A stretch of DNA of 64,000 bases from a phage. Of this stretch, positions 28,456 to 37,439 are shown piece after piece. The translations under genes and the position numbers were made by a program. Under the pieces are notes generated by a model, which had not been told where the DNA came from, searched no databases, and was given only the letters and a program-made list of their open reading frames with translations. Positions within the stretch are counted from its first letter, which is position 1, and every line of letters begins with the position of its first letter. Location: sequence record OZ335958.1; one strand, 5' to 3'.

Positions 28456-28664
28456 AACCATGTAACCTTTAAACAATATTCTTCTACGTGTTGTTTACGA
28501 CCTTTCTTATCAATAAAGGTATATTCAACGAATGTTCCAATATAGTCTTTATCTACACCATGTGGACTATTAATTGGGCATTTAGTACGGCAAATGCGTT
28601 CCCATTGACGAATAATTTCCACTTTGTTTTTAGGATCAAACGGATGCGGGTAATGTACTTTCAT
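28452..28664 (-). CDS. Small protein gene A copy 2 (70 aa, likely ancestral N-terminus)
   Basis: MKVHYPHPFDPKNKVEIIRQWERICRTKCPINSPHGV...; C-terminal 57 residues identical to copy 1. Confidence 0.5.
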   Translation of the reverse strand: MKVHYPHPFDPKNKVEIIRQWERICRTKCPINSPHGVDKDYIGTFVEYTFIDKKGRKQHVEEYCLKVTWL

Positions 28665-29115
28665 AATCCATCACTATTAAATCAATATCAGGAGTAAACA
28701 TGTCGATTAATTTAGAAACCTTATCCCAATCGCCGCCAGCAATACCGCAACCTATACGTGGAATGTAAATTACTGGTTTAAACAAAAGGGTTTCTGCCTG
28801 TAGATTTAATTCTATCATGCAGTTTACTAAAGCACCATAATCAAGATTAGGACCCGGTTCGTATTGTGTATACAGGTTATAGCATATACCAAATCCCGTA
28901 GGGCTATGTTTAAAAACAATAGACATATCGCCTAATTTATCACGAGAACCGTACTCGGTAGTGGTTTTATCTATTTCTAAAATTTTGGGATAGGCTCTTG
29001 CTAATTGACCCGCTACGCCAGAGCCCATTGTGTGGAAGCAATTGCACCCGTGCGCAATAATATTACCTTGAAGAAATAGGGCGACAATATCGCCCTTGAT
29101 ATATTTTACAATCAT
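28636..29115 (-). CDS. Macro-domain protein (ADP-ribose binding/processing fold)
   Basis: 159 aa; KGDIVALFLQGNIIAHGCNCFHTMGSGVAGQLA matches the macro-domain G-D-I ... N-x-x-N ... G-x-G-V-A signature. Confidence 0.55.
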   Translation of the reverse strand: MIVKYIKGDIVALFLQGNIIAHGCNCFHTMGSGVAGQLARAYPKILEIDKTTTEYGSRDKLGDMSIVFKHSPTGFGICYNLYTQYEPGPNLDYGALVNCMIELNLQAETLLFKPVIYIPRIGCGIAGGDWDKVSKLIDMFTPDIDLIVMDYESTLPASV

Positions 29116-29459
29116 CTAGTACTCAATCCTCGATTATAAGAATCTACTAAACGGTCAACCATTGAATGACAAGCGGCTTTATCTTTCTCCTCCGCAACTG
29201 AACATTCTAAAGTATTCCACTTTTTAGCATATCGTTTTAACAATGTATCATTTTTGTATCTGCTTGATTTATCTCTTTCTCCGTCTTTATATGCATATAT
29301 TAATTTCTGCGCAAATTCAGCTTGGCATGCTTTATTTTTCCCACAATAATCCGCGGCAGTACGGTTTACATACTCTCTAATTTCAGTATATGATGTATCT
29401 GCTAACGCAGAAGCAGAAAATGAAATTAATCCTATACATAAAACCAAAATTTTAGTCAT
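29112..29459 (-). CDS. Secreted/periplasmic small protein (signal peptide)
   Basis: 115 aa, MTKILVLCIGLISFSASALA signal peptide, 4 Cys. Confidence 0.5.
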   Translation of the reverse strand: MTKILVLCIGLISFSASALADTSYTEIREYVNRTAADYCGKNKACQAEFAQKLIYAYKDGERDKSSRYKNDTLLKRYAKKWNTLECSVAEEKDKAACHSMVDRLVDSYNRGLSTR

Positions 29460-29997
29460 TTACTATTTCCAAAAGTTTATTATTTTTAAGGTAATTAGCC
29501 TTTTCTAGGACTTCAGAAGCATATTTAGAACCTGCTTTAACATTCCATCCCGAATTATAAGAGGATATCGCCTTTCTTATATCGCCCTTATGTATATTTA
29601 ACCAATAAGAAAGTTCAATGTACGCCCAGGAAGCTGAATTGGACCGTTTATTCAACATTCTTTTTATTTCAGCATCGGTCATATTATAACCAAGTTCCTT
29701 AACTCTTGCTCGCATAGTAGGCAAATAATTTTGGAACATTCCATAGGCATGATGCTTTGGTTTAGATTTTAAATTAACTCCGGCAGAGCTTTCTTGCCAT
29801 AAAATAGCAGCCATTATATGACCTAATCCGCTCTTGTGGATATTTTTGTGTGTTTTATATTTTCCATCCTTAGAAAATTGTTCCCCGAATTGATACGCGT
29901 AACGCATGTTATCGAGTTGGACATTACTGAAAGTATGCTCGGAGCTATGCGCCATCATTGAAATGGCCAATAGACCAGCGAGTAGTGCTTTTCTCAT
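29452..29997 (-). CDS. Lytic transglycosylase-like periplasmic protein
   Basis: 181 aa, signal peptide MRKALLAGLLAISMMAHS and SLT-type motif ILWQESSAG. Confidence 0.55.
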   Translation of the reverse strand: MRKALLAGLLAISMMAHSSEHTFSNVQLDNMRYAYQFGEQFSKDGKYKTHKNIHKSGLGHIMAAILWQESSAGVNLKSKPKHHAYGMFQNYLPTMRARVKELGYNMTDAEIKRMLNKRSNSASWAYIELSYWLNIHKGDIRKAISSYNSGWNVKAGSKYASEVLEKANYLKNNKLLEIVND

Positions 29998-30004
29998 GCT
30001 TACC

Positions 30005-30466
30005 TCATTGAGTTTTAATTACTGCTTTAGAAGCCTTTCCTGGTAAACGACGACTGTTGATAATTGCCATCCTGCATTGAAGCGACGGGTCTTTGAACTT
30101 CGCATTAGGTTTACAAACTGTAAATCCAAGCCAAAGATTTCCATCTGTGATTTCTAAACGTCCAGGACGGTATTCAACCCCATCAATAAAATCCTCATCA
30201 ATGTCAGGACGCGGAGGCATACTCAGGAATTCATTAACTTCTAAAACATGGTCTTTTATTTTGTGGAATAATTCAAAAACATATGTCTCATCAATCTCCC
30301 GTTGAATTGCACGATCAAGAAGATGCTGAGAATATTTTAGATGAAACGATGAGACCCCTGCTGCTTTTGATGCCTCACGAATCTCATTGTTAATTTGACG
30401 AAACTCCGACTCAAAGTGACGACGAAGCTTATTTCGACGGATAAAAACTTCTGTGTTGATAGTCAT
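30005..30466 (-). CDS. regB: Sequence-specific endoribonuclease RegB
   Basis: 153 aa MTINTEVFIRRNKLRRHFESEF; matches T4 RegB as recalled. Confidence 0.85.
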   Translation of the reverse strand: MTINTEVFIRRNKLRRHFESEFRQINNEIREASKAAGVSSFHLKYSQHLLDRAIQREIDETYVFELFHKIKDHVLEVNEFLSMPPRPDIDEDFIDGVEYRPGRLEITDGNLWLGFTVCKPNAKFKDPSLQCRMAIINSRRLPGKASKAVIKTQ

Positions 30467-30487
30467 GTTATTCTCCTCTTAACTGAT

Positions 30488-30523
30488 AGAAAAATTATAC
30501 CACAGTCAAGAGGAAAAGTAAAC
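30488..30523 (-). promoter_or_regulatory. T4-type early promoter candidate upstream of regB
   Basis: aaaattataccacag...aaagtaaac. Confidence 0.45.
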
Positions 30524-30525
30524 AG

Positions 30526-30804
30526 TTATTCTTTAAATCTAATCAATTTATTCATAGACTTTGAAACTTCTGCACGGACCTCATGTAGGTTTTTAAGCTG
30601 TTCAAGACGCTGCTCATAGTAAGCAATTTCATCTTCTTCGAGACAGTCCTGTGAATCTTCTTTAAGATAACGTGCATAGTCCTGGAAAGCTTTACGGACT
30701 ACTTCTTGGAAGTCATCAAGACTTTGAATTTTCTTAGGAGCAACAGATACACGACGAGGGGCAGTATAATACTCATAACCAAACCCTGCGCTTAATTGAG
30801 CCAT
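30526..30804 (-). CDS. Hypothetical protein (T4 vs.3 position; start at internal Met)
   Basis: ORF-track 30526-30846 trimmed to Met 15 giving a TAATG junction. Confidence 0.45.
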   Translation of the reverse strand: MAQLSAGFGYEYYTAPRRVSVAPKKIQSLDDFQEVVRKAFQDYARYLKEDSQDCLEEDEIAYYEQRLEQLKNLHEVRAEVSKSMNKLIRFKE

Positions 30805-31106
30805 TAATATTTTTCCTCTGGTTGGAACACAGCACGACAAGCCCACATACTAGCTTCTTTGAGTTTCGTTTTAGCAATAGTTAACTGATCGAGGCTTTCA
30901 GCATAATTCTTTGCGAATTCGTAGTCTTCACAATTATCTAGTGCTTCCCAGAATTCATCATATAAAGCGTCAAAGATAAGTCCTAAACGAACTTCAGCGT
31001 CTTTGATAGCATTCACTTTATCGATTTTCTCTTCAGTGTGCGGCTTATAACCTTTAATATCTTCAATCATATTTGACTTCCTCGCCCGTTCCCAAATCAT
31101 ATTCAA
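30804..31106 (-). CDS. Hypothetical helical protein (T4 vs.4 position)
   Basis: 100 aa ORF. Confidence 0.5.
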   Translation of the reverse strand: MNMIWERARKSNMIEDIKGYKPHTEEKIDKVNAIKDAEVRLGLIFDALYDEFWEALDNCEDYEFAKNYAESLDQLTIAKTKLKEASMWACRAVFQPEEKY

Positions 31107-31284
31107 CTAAACGAATAGGTTCATGAATGCCATATCCCTGAACAGAAATTTCTGTCGTAGGATAAATTCCACTAATATCACCCATATTCCACGCTTCATT
31201 AAATTGCTGTTCGCCTGAATTACTAAACCATTCTGCGAAAGCATTTAACACATCTTTAGAACCTTCAATAATTATCTTTGCCAT
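31063..31284 (-). CDS. Hypothetical small protein
   Basis: 73 aa ORF. Confidence 0.45.
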   Translation of the reverse strand: MAKIIIEGSKDVLNAFAEWFSNSGEQQFNEAWNMGDISGIYPTTEISVQGYGIHEPIRLVEYDLGTGEEVKYD

Positions 31285-31646
31285 TACAAGCTCTCAGTAA
31301 AGGTACGAGCGATAACGTCGCGCTGCTGTTCCGGAGTCAGAGAGTTAAAGCGAACTGCATAACCGGATACACGGATGGTCAGCTGCGGATATTTTTCCGG
31401 ATGCTTAACTGCATCTTCCAGAGTTTCACGACGCAGAACGTTAACGTTCAGGTGTTGACCACCCTCAATTTTAACTGTAGGTTGTGTTTCAATTTCAATT
31501 TCACGGGCATGCAAACCATAGAAAATTTCTGGGTCTACAAAAGAGTCCTCTTTAAAGGTTTTAGAGACAATAATTCGTGCTTGAATACCATCTTCAAAAT
31601 AAATAGTACCTCTATGTGTGCCTTCAAGAATTTGATATGCTTTCAT
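31284..31646 (-). CDS. Autonomous glycyl-radical cofactor (GrcA/YfiD-like)
   Basis: 120 aa; C-terminal [24 protein letters not shown] is the glycyl-radical motif of pyruvate formate-lyase C-terminus/GrcA. Confidence 0.7.
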   Translation of the reverse strand: MKAYQILEGTHRGTIYFEDGIQARIIVSKTFKEDSFVDPEIFYGLHAREIEIETQPTVKIEGGQHLNVNVLRRETLEDAVKHPEKYPQLTIRVSGYAVRFNSLTPEQQRDVIARTFTESL

Positions 31647-31652
31647 ATAACC

Positions 31653-31982
31653 TCAATTAGAAAATAAATTTATCCAAGATTGTTCTTTAATTAAAAATGG
31701 CTCAGAATCATATGCCATTAAACTTTGTGTGATTAGTCCTTTAAAAGGCCCATCAATAAATTCCATAGTAAAATATGGAATTTTATTCATTAGTCGTGCA
31801 TTAGGAGCAGTGCACAAAACTCTGCATCCTTTGAATACGCCTTTTTGTAATTTGTACTGCTTAGGATAAAATTCGCTCAAGACGTTATTATTTGCCAAAA
31901 TTTCAAAATGATTCACCAACTTATTTTTAATAGTTTTTGGTGAAAAATAAAGATATTCGAAAAGCTGTGTGTCTGTCATCAT
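31653..31982 (-). CDS. Hypothetical protein (start at internal Met forming ATGA overlap)
   Basis: ORF-track 31653-32033 trimmed. Confidence 0.45.
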   Translation of the reverse strand: MMTDTQLFEYLYFSPKTIKNKLVNHFEILANNNVLSEFYPKQYKLQKGVFKGCRVLCTAPNARLMNKIPYFTMEFIDGPFKGLITQSLMAYDSEPFLIKEQSWINLFSN

Positions 31983-32566
31983 TGCATTCCAATCACAAAA
32001 AATTGAGGACGAGTAATACCGCCAATGCAGCATTTACTGTTGCAGCAGTGTTGCACAGTTTCAATATGAATATCATAAATTTTATCCATATCAGGAGATT
32101 TAACAGGCTCATCGATTATATACAAGATTCGAGAAAGCGATAAACCTCTGAACTTGCTACCTCTATTACCAATAAAACTACGGACAGAATCGGTAAATAA
32201 GCGGAATCGGATATCATCGCTAGAATAACGAGAAAATTCTTTTTTAATGTGGCCTGCAGAAATTTTAGCGTAAGCTGAAGTGTTAGAAAGAACAATAACT
32301 GTTCCACCATCATACAGCCAATTAGCAGCAAAATTAGTCACAGCAGTTGATTTACCGGATTGACGTCCACCATCTAGTCGAAGTGTACAATACTGTTTGA
32401 GCAAGTCTTCAAATGGTAGGATATAATCGTTTTTACAAATTTCTTCTACTCTAGCATCAGAATGGTGTGTAAAAGCATTCATCAGGGATAGATAAGGACC
32501 AGTTAAAAATGTTCTCATTTTATTCTCTCTAAATTTGGGCCATTCCATGGCGCGTGAATTGTCCAT
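31979..32566 (-). CDS. P-loop NTPase-like protein
   Basis: 195 aa with Walker A GGRQSGKST. Confidence 0.5.
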   Translation of the reverse strand: MDNSRAMEWPKFRENKMRTFLTGPYLSLMNAFTHHSDARVEEICKNDYILPFEDLLKQYCTLRLDGGRQSGKSTAVTNFAANWLYDGGTVIVLSNTSAYAKISAGHIKKEFSRYSSDDIRFRLFTDSVRSFIGNRGSKFRGLSLSRILYIIDEPVKSPDMDKIYDIHIETVQHCCNSKCCIGGITRPQFFVIGMQ

Positions 32567-32671
32567 TTCTGTATTTACCCATTACCGCACTTGGGCTCGA
32601 CCTTATTACAGGTTGGCGGGAATCCCTCATAGAATCATGAAGTCCAGCTTGTTCCCATATTTCTTATTTGC

Positions 32672-33145
32672 TTATTTGAATGATTTGACGTACTGAATAG
32701 AGCCTTTGCTATTCACGAAAGCGATTTTACCATTTTTGTTATACATGGTAGCAGTACGCTGATAGCCATAAGTTTGCTTACCAGATTGATAACCAACTAG
32801 TGCGAAATTATCTTCACCCATTTTATTCTGCTTAGCGCGGATACGTTCATGACCGTGCGCCATAAGAACCTTAGCATCACCAGTTGCAATGGATCTACGA
32901 GTTTTTTCATCTTCAACTGTATTAACAAAGTCGTCAAATGAATCAAATTTAGCATGAGATTTATTATACAGTTTTCCATCTACTGCATAATTATATCCCT
33001 GTACATCCATCTCAACTTCTGTACCATCATCTAATACAGCAGTGATTTTTTGACCTTTTTTAAATTTCAAAAGATCAGTAAAAGATTCAGCAATAATTTG
33101 AGAATTAATAGCTGCTTCAGTGATAAATTCTTGATATGTTTTCAT
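32672..33145 (-). CDS. Internal-protein-like protein with capsid-targeting leader
   Basis: 157 aa starting MKTYQEFITEAAINSQIIAES: T4 IP capsid-targeting sequence consensus with I-x-E prohead-protease sites. Confidence 0.6.
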   Translation of the reverse strand: MKTYQEFITEAAINSQIIAESFTDLLKFKKGQKITAVLDDGTEVEMDVQGYNYAVDGKLYNKSHAKFDSFDDFVNTVEDEKTRRSIATGDAKVLMAHGHERIRAKQNKMGEDNFALVGYQSGKQTYGYQRTATMYNKNGKIAFVNSKGSIQYVKSFK

Positions 33146-33154
33146 GTGTTTCCT

Positions 33155-33571
33155 TTAAATGTAAATATTTTTGCCGTAGTATTTATACCAGTGTGGCTTC
33201 ATTAAAATTTTTTCATCGAGTCGTTGTTGACTCAATTTAATAGCCGATTTGCATTGGTTATAATCATTTTTCCATTCTGCTGGAATATCGCTGATGTCAG
33301 GAACTTCAGTATCTTTTATACTAAACCCACGTTTTAAGCATTCCGCTATAATGTCTGATTGACGCTTTCGCAAAAATTCTAACTTATCATAAAAGAACGT
33401 AACATGACCAGAACCTAAAATAAACTCGGAAGATATTTTAAAATCTTTAACCCGCTTACCATTTGCCACATGTTTACGAACTATACCAAAAACACGTGGC
33501 AATTCACGGTATTCTGCGATTAAATGTTGATCAGCAAGTTCAGATACTAAAGTCAAATTAATACGAGTCAT
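33155..33571 (-). CDS. denV: Endonuclease V (pyrimidine-dimer DNA glycosylase) DenV
   Basis: 138 aa [29 protein letters not shown]; matches T4 DenV. Confidence 0.92.
   Translation of the reverse strand: MTRINLTLVSELADQHLIAEYRELPRVFGIVRKHVANGKRVKDFKISSEFILGSGHVTFFYDKLEFLRKRQSDIIAECLKRGFSIKDTEVPDISDIPAEWKNDYNQCKSAIKLSQQRLDEKILMKPHWYKYYGKNIYI
33179..33186 (-). promoter_or_regulatory. Late promoter (TATAAATA on minus strand) upstream of the IP-like gene
   Basis: Plus-strand tatttata ~34 bp upstream of the 33145 start. Confidence 0.5.
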
Positions 33572-33589
33572 TTTATCCCTCCTAGAATT

Positions 33590-33625
33590 GTGAATATACT
33601 ATCACAATTCTAGGAGAAAGTAAAC
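33590..33625 (-). promoter_or_regulatory. T4-type early promoter candidate upstream of denV
   Basis: gaatatactatcac...aaagtaaac. Confidence 0.45.
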
Positions 33626-33629
33626 AACT

Positions 33630-34160
<531 letters not shown>

Positions 34161-34616
34161 TTAAAAGAGGCTGTTCATTATTCGGTAAAGTGAAGGACCC
34201 ATCACATATTGCCACTGAGTACGAGGAATAAGAGCAAAAGCATCCATCTCTGGAATCATAACGCCATCTTTATTTTCAAAATAAGACTCGCAATGGCAAT
34301 TTCTAAACATCTCATGCTCTACTGGAATCGTATAATAAAATAACTGTAAGTCTTTATTACTAGAATATTTAAATACACCTAAGTCTTCTAGAAGGTCTGG
34401 ATTATAATCGATAAAACCAGTCTCTTCTGAGCATTCTCTTTTTGCAGCTTCCAGTGCATTCAAATCAGAACTTTCTACACGCCCCTTTGGAATATCCCAG
34501 CGATGTGCCATCATTCCAGGTTTACGAGAACCGGTAACTCGTCCCATAAATAAATCTTTATCTTCTGTCATAAAGATAATACCAGCTGATAATGTTTTCA
34601 TTTTAATTTCCTGCAT
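34161..34616 (-). CDS. nudE: Nudix hydrolase NudE
   Basis: 151 aa with Nudix box GRVESSDLNALEAAKRECSEETG. Confidence 0.85.
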   Translation of the reverse strand: MQEIKMKTLSAGIIFMTEDKDLFMGRVTGSRKPGMMAHRWDIPKGRVESSDLNALEAAKRECSEETGFIDYNPDLLEDLGVFKYSSNKDLQLFYYTIPVEHEMFRNCHCESYFENKDGVMIPEMDAFALIPRTQWQYVMGPSLYRIMNSLF

Positions 34617-35086
34617 TCAGTGATAAAATTATTTAAATTTTGAGCATATTTCTTTTCATCAAAAATCTTTTGTTGTCTGCGCATCCGCCATGGCATTTCA
34701 ATGAACATGTACCATATTCCTGATAATATTGATGCTGTAAAAATATTAACAAGTATAATTAAAAGAATCCAATCTCCCGTTCTGCCTACTGGACTTTCTC
34801 CAAAGAAGCAAAATACAAATGATGTCACAGGAAAACTAATAATATACCACAGAATCATAATCTTATCTGTGAACCAATCAGCGTTCGTTAATTTAGCGCG
34901 ACCGTTTCGAATACACACGAATTTATCATCTGTCGCAGTAGATGGCTTAGCTGCTTGATATCCCATTCTAAACTCCCTAATTAATCGTTTCTTTGTATCT
35001 TCAGAACAGCCGCTCCAGTCAACTCTATCAACTGAAATGCCATCGTCCCCATCATCTAAATCATACCAGCGAGTTTTTAAAATCAT
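34598..35086 (-). CDS. Membrane protein
   Basis: 162 aa with TM segments IMILWYIISFPVTSFVFCFF and WILLIILVNIFTASILSGIWYMF. Confidence 0.5.
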   Translation of the reverse strand: MILKTRWYDLDDGDDGISVDRVDWSGCSEDTKKRLIREFRMGYQAAKPSTATDDKFVCIRNGRAKLTNADWFTDKIMILWYIISFPVTSFVFCFFGESPVGRTGDWILLIILVNIFTASILSGIWYMFIEMPWRMRRQQKIFDEKKYAQNLNNFITECRKLK

Positions 35087-35445
35087 TTAATTTTCCTACA
35101 ATCACTCACAAACTCTTCCATTGATTCTTTTTCAATATAAGACATATAGCTATTATATTCCTTTAATTGTATTTTGTAATCCTTTTTTCTTTGCCAATTT
35201 ATTTTAAAATTATCATAATGAAAATATAACATGGTACCAAAGAATGAAAATAATGAAATCGCTATAGTAAAACGAAGTTCACTCCAAACCTCTATTATAA
35301 TTACTGTGCCGTCGATGTTTAAAATAAAACAGTCAATTAACAATCCAATAAGACTACCCGCAAGAGCTGCAAATACTGATACAGCAAGAATTAATAGTGC
35401 CTCAGGAAACGAATATTTGACTTTATTTAGTTTTGGCTTTTGCAT
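35083..35445 (-). CDS. Membrane protein
   Basis: 120 aa with two hydrophobic helices. Confidence 0.5.
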   Translation of the reverse strand: MQKPKLNKVKYSFPEALLILAVSVFAALAGSLIGLLIDCFILNIDGTVIIIEVWSELRFTIAISLFSFFGTMLYFHYDNFKINWQRKKDYKIQLKEYNSYMSYIEKESMEEFVSDCRKIK

Positions 35446-35840
35446 CGTGATTCCTTAACAAATTTCATAATTTCATCAAATTCATACATATCTAGCTTAA
35501 GCTGGTGTTCCTTTTTAATCTTTTTACACTGAGCTTTCCAATCACGTACACGTTTACGATAATGTCTTCCTTGATACCAGTATCCTACCCAATTTACAGG
35601 TACTAATAAAAGCGGAACTACCAATGGAAGAATTAGTGTTGCTCCAAATATTACACCAGATTCAATATCAGTCATAACGTCTATAACCATTCCAGCAATC
35701 ACCAAAATCACAAATGATACAGCTACCACAGGACCTATTAACACATCAGTAGAAATTAGCTGACGCTTTGGTTCATACTTCACAGGTTTACTTGGAAGGT
35801 ATAGTGATGGCTTTGACATATTCTCTACATTCCTTAACAA
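35427..35840 (-). CDS. Membrane protein
   Basis: 137 aa with two hydrophobic helices. Confidence 0.5.
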   Translation of the reverse strand: MLRNVENMSKPSLYLPSKPVKYEPKRQLISTDVLIGPVVAVSFVILVIAGMVIDVMTDIESGVIFGATLILPLVVPLLLVPVNWVGYWYQGRHYRKRVRDWKAQCKKIKKEHQLKLDMYEFDEIMKFVKESRCKSQN

Positions 35841-36402
35841 ATTTTTCTAATAATAAATCACTTTCAAAATTGGGATTTTCTACGAATTTATCAAAAAGAT
35901 CATCAACAATAGTTAAGATATTCTTTTTACTAAGAATACGCTTATTTTCATATTTTGTTTCAGAGTCAACTATAAGAGTAAAGAAATATTTCTTTCCCTG
36001 AAATTTTACCGTAGTATCAATATAAAATAAATTTGATTTTTGTAAATTACGTTTAAACCATGCATCACTTAAACTATAAACGCCAAGATAATCATAATCG
36101 TCGTTTAAATAACAAACCGTCCATTCAGGAGAAATGAAATCAGTAAATTCAACATCAAAATCACACGTCAATGAATGAATTGATTCAATACTGTTAATGA
36201 GTATTCCAGGACGTATTAAAGACTTTTTACCTCTAGAAAATCTTCCGGAAAGGCTTTCATCAGTTTCATATGAAGACCCCCAATAGTAATTACGTCCTTC
36301 TGCCATGCGTTTAAGAGCATTTAGTAATTGGTCTGGAACATCAACCTGTCTTTGGAACTCTTCAAACATTGAATTGAAATCACTTTGCATTTTCATTTTC
36401 AT
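35788..36402 (-). CDS. Hypothetical protein
   Basis: 204 aa ORF. Confidence 0.5.
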   Translation of the reverse strand: MKMKMQSDFNSMFEEFQRQVDVPDQLLNALKRMAEGRNYYWGSSYETDESLSGRFSRGKKSLIRPGILINSIESIHSLTCDFDVEFTDFISPEWTVCYLNDDYDYLGVYSLSDAWFKRNLQKSNLFYIDTTVKFQGKKYFFTLIVDSETKYENKRILSKKNILTIVDDLFDKFVENPNFESDLLLEKFVKECREYVKAITIPSK

Positions 36403-36420
36403 TCCTATTTACTCCAAGTA

Positions 36421-36440
36421 TAAGGGGCCGAAGCCCCTTA
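36421..36440 (-). other. GC hairpin (GGGGCUUCGGCCCC on minus-strand RNA)
   Basis: taaggggccgaagcccctta inverted repeat. Confidence 0.4.
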
Positions 36441-36443
36441 TCA

Positions 36444-37037
36444 TTATTTCAGAGAATTAATGTATTCCTGAACATCGGCAGAGGTAGTTTCAACCCCAGA
36501 AATATTACCATTAAAGGTTTCAACTCGAGCAAGGGTATCTTCAATATCAACCTTAGTCAGTGCTGCAATTTCAACTACATCATCGGCAGTACTAATTCCA
36601 AGGGCATTTGCCGCACGAGTTTCACGGATATATTCCAATTTAACTGCAAGCTCTTGACGAGCATCATCTAACTCAACTACTTTCTTGGCGATTTCAATTC
36701 GCATTTCAGCATAACCGTCAGCCTTAGTAGTCAACTGCTCAGCTGTTCGACGATATAGTAAACCGAGTTTAGCATGCATTGTTACATCTTGGCCTTCGGA
36801 AAGAAGTTTACGAATTTCACGCTCTTTTGATTCGGCCTGTCGATTCTTTTCGATAACAAGTTCACGAATACGTTTTTCTTCGTTAATAGATTTAACAGAA
36901 GCAGTTTTTAGATCTTTAATTTTATCAAGTAGTTTTGCTGCTGCAGCAGTATACTGTTCTTCGACAGATAGATTTTTAGCCATAGCAGAACCAAGTTTAG
37001 TGCGAATAAACTCAACAATTTTCTTCAGTGTGTTCAT
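36444..37037 (-). CDS. Coiled-coil protein, PspA/IM30-like architecture (tentative)
   Basis: 197 aa, long charged helical repeats; family assignment not verified. Confidence 0.45.
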   Translation of the reverse strand: MNTLKKIVEFIRTKLGSAMAKNLSVEEQYTAAAAKLLDKIKDLKTASVKSINEEKRIRELVIEKNRQAESKEREIRKLLSEGQDVTMHAKLGLLYRRTAEQLTTKADGYAEMRIEIAKKVVELDDARQELAVKLEYIRETRAANALGISTADDVVEIAALTKVDIEDTLARVETFNGNISGVETTSADVQEYINSLK

Positions 37038-37141
37038 AGTATTTCCTTAGGTTGATTAAGATTTAAAATCCGTAAAAGTAGTATTATACTCTATCATCAA
37101 GTTACAGGCTCATAATATCTCAATCATGAGCCTATGTAAAC

Positions 37142-37405
37142 TTATTTCATATTATTGAAATATTCTTCTGCGATTTCGTCGTTATCGTGGTAAACTTTAG
37201 AAGACAGTTTAACATAACCTTCTGCTGTGAACATATTAATCACAACCTTTACAGTATACCACTGTCCGTCTTCATTACCCATTACTGCGTAAGTTTCAAA
37301 CATCGGATGGTCAGGACCGATAACTTTAATATCATTCACTGTACGACCGAAATCTTCTGAAACGCATTTCATAAAGAAGTTGAACAGTTCGCCGTAATTA
37401 TCCAT
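37142..37405 (-). CDS. Hypothetical protein (start at MDNYGELF with GGAGAA Shine-Dalgarno)
   Basis: ORF-track 37142-37459 trimmed; upstream codons coincide with the promoter motif. Confidence 0.5.
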   Translation of the reverse strand: MDNYGELFNFFMKCVSEDFGRTVNDIKVIGPDHPMFETYAVMGNEDGQWYTVKVVINMFTAEGYVKLSSKVYHDNDEIAEEYFNNMK

Positions 37406-37439
37406 TTCATTCTCCAAGTTGTTTTTCTGTATCAGTAGT

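Larger units (their letters stand above)
28124..28633. repeat. Perfect tandem direct repeat, 2 x 255 bp
   Basis: 28124-28378 and 28379-28633 are identical by eye across all blocks compared; unit holds a complete small gene plus the first 25 codons of gene B. Confidence 0.85.

Noticed and set aside
28124-28633. CRISPR array or mobile-element terminal repeats
   Set aside because: Only two long (255 bp) direct copies with no spacer structure and no transposase/integrase; it is a gene-containing tandem duplication.
28233-28697. Two near-identical plus-strand 67-69 aa ORFs
   Set aside because: Antisense to the duplicated small gene; they are identical only because they lie within the 255-bp tandem repeat.
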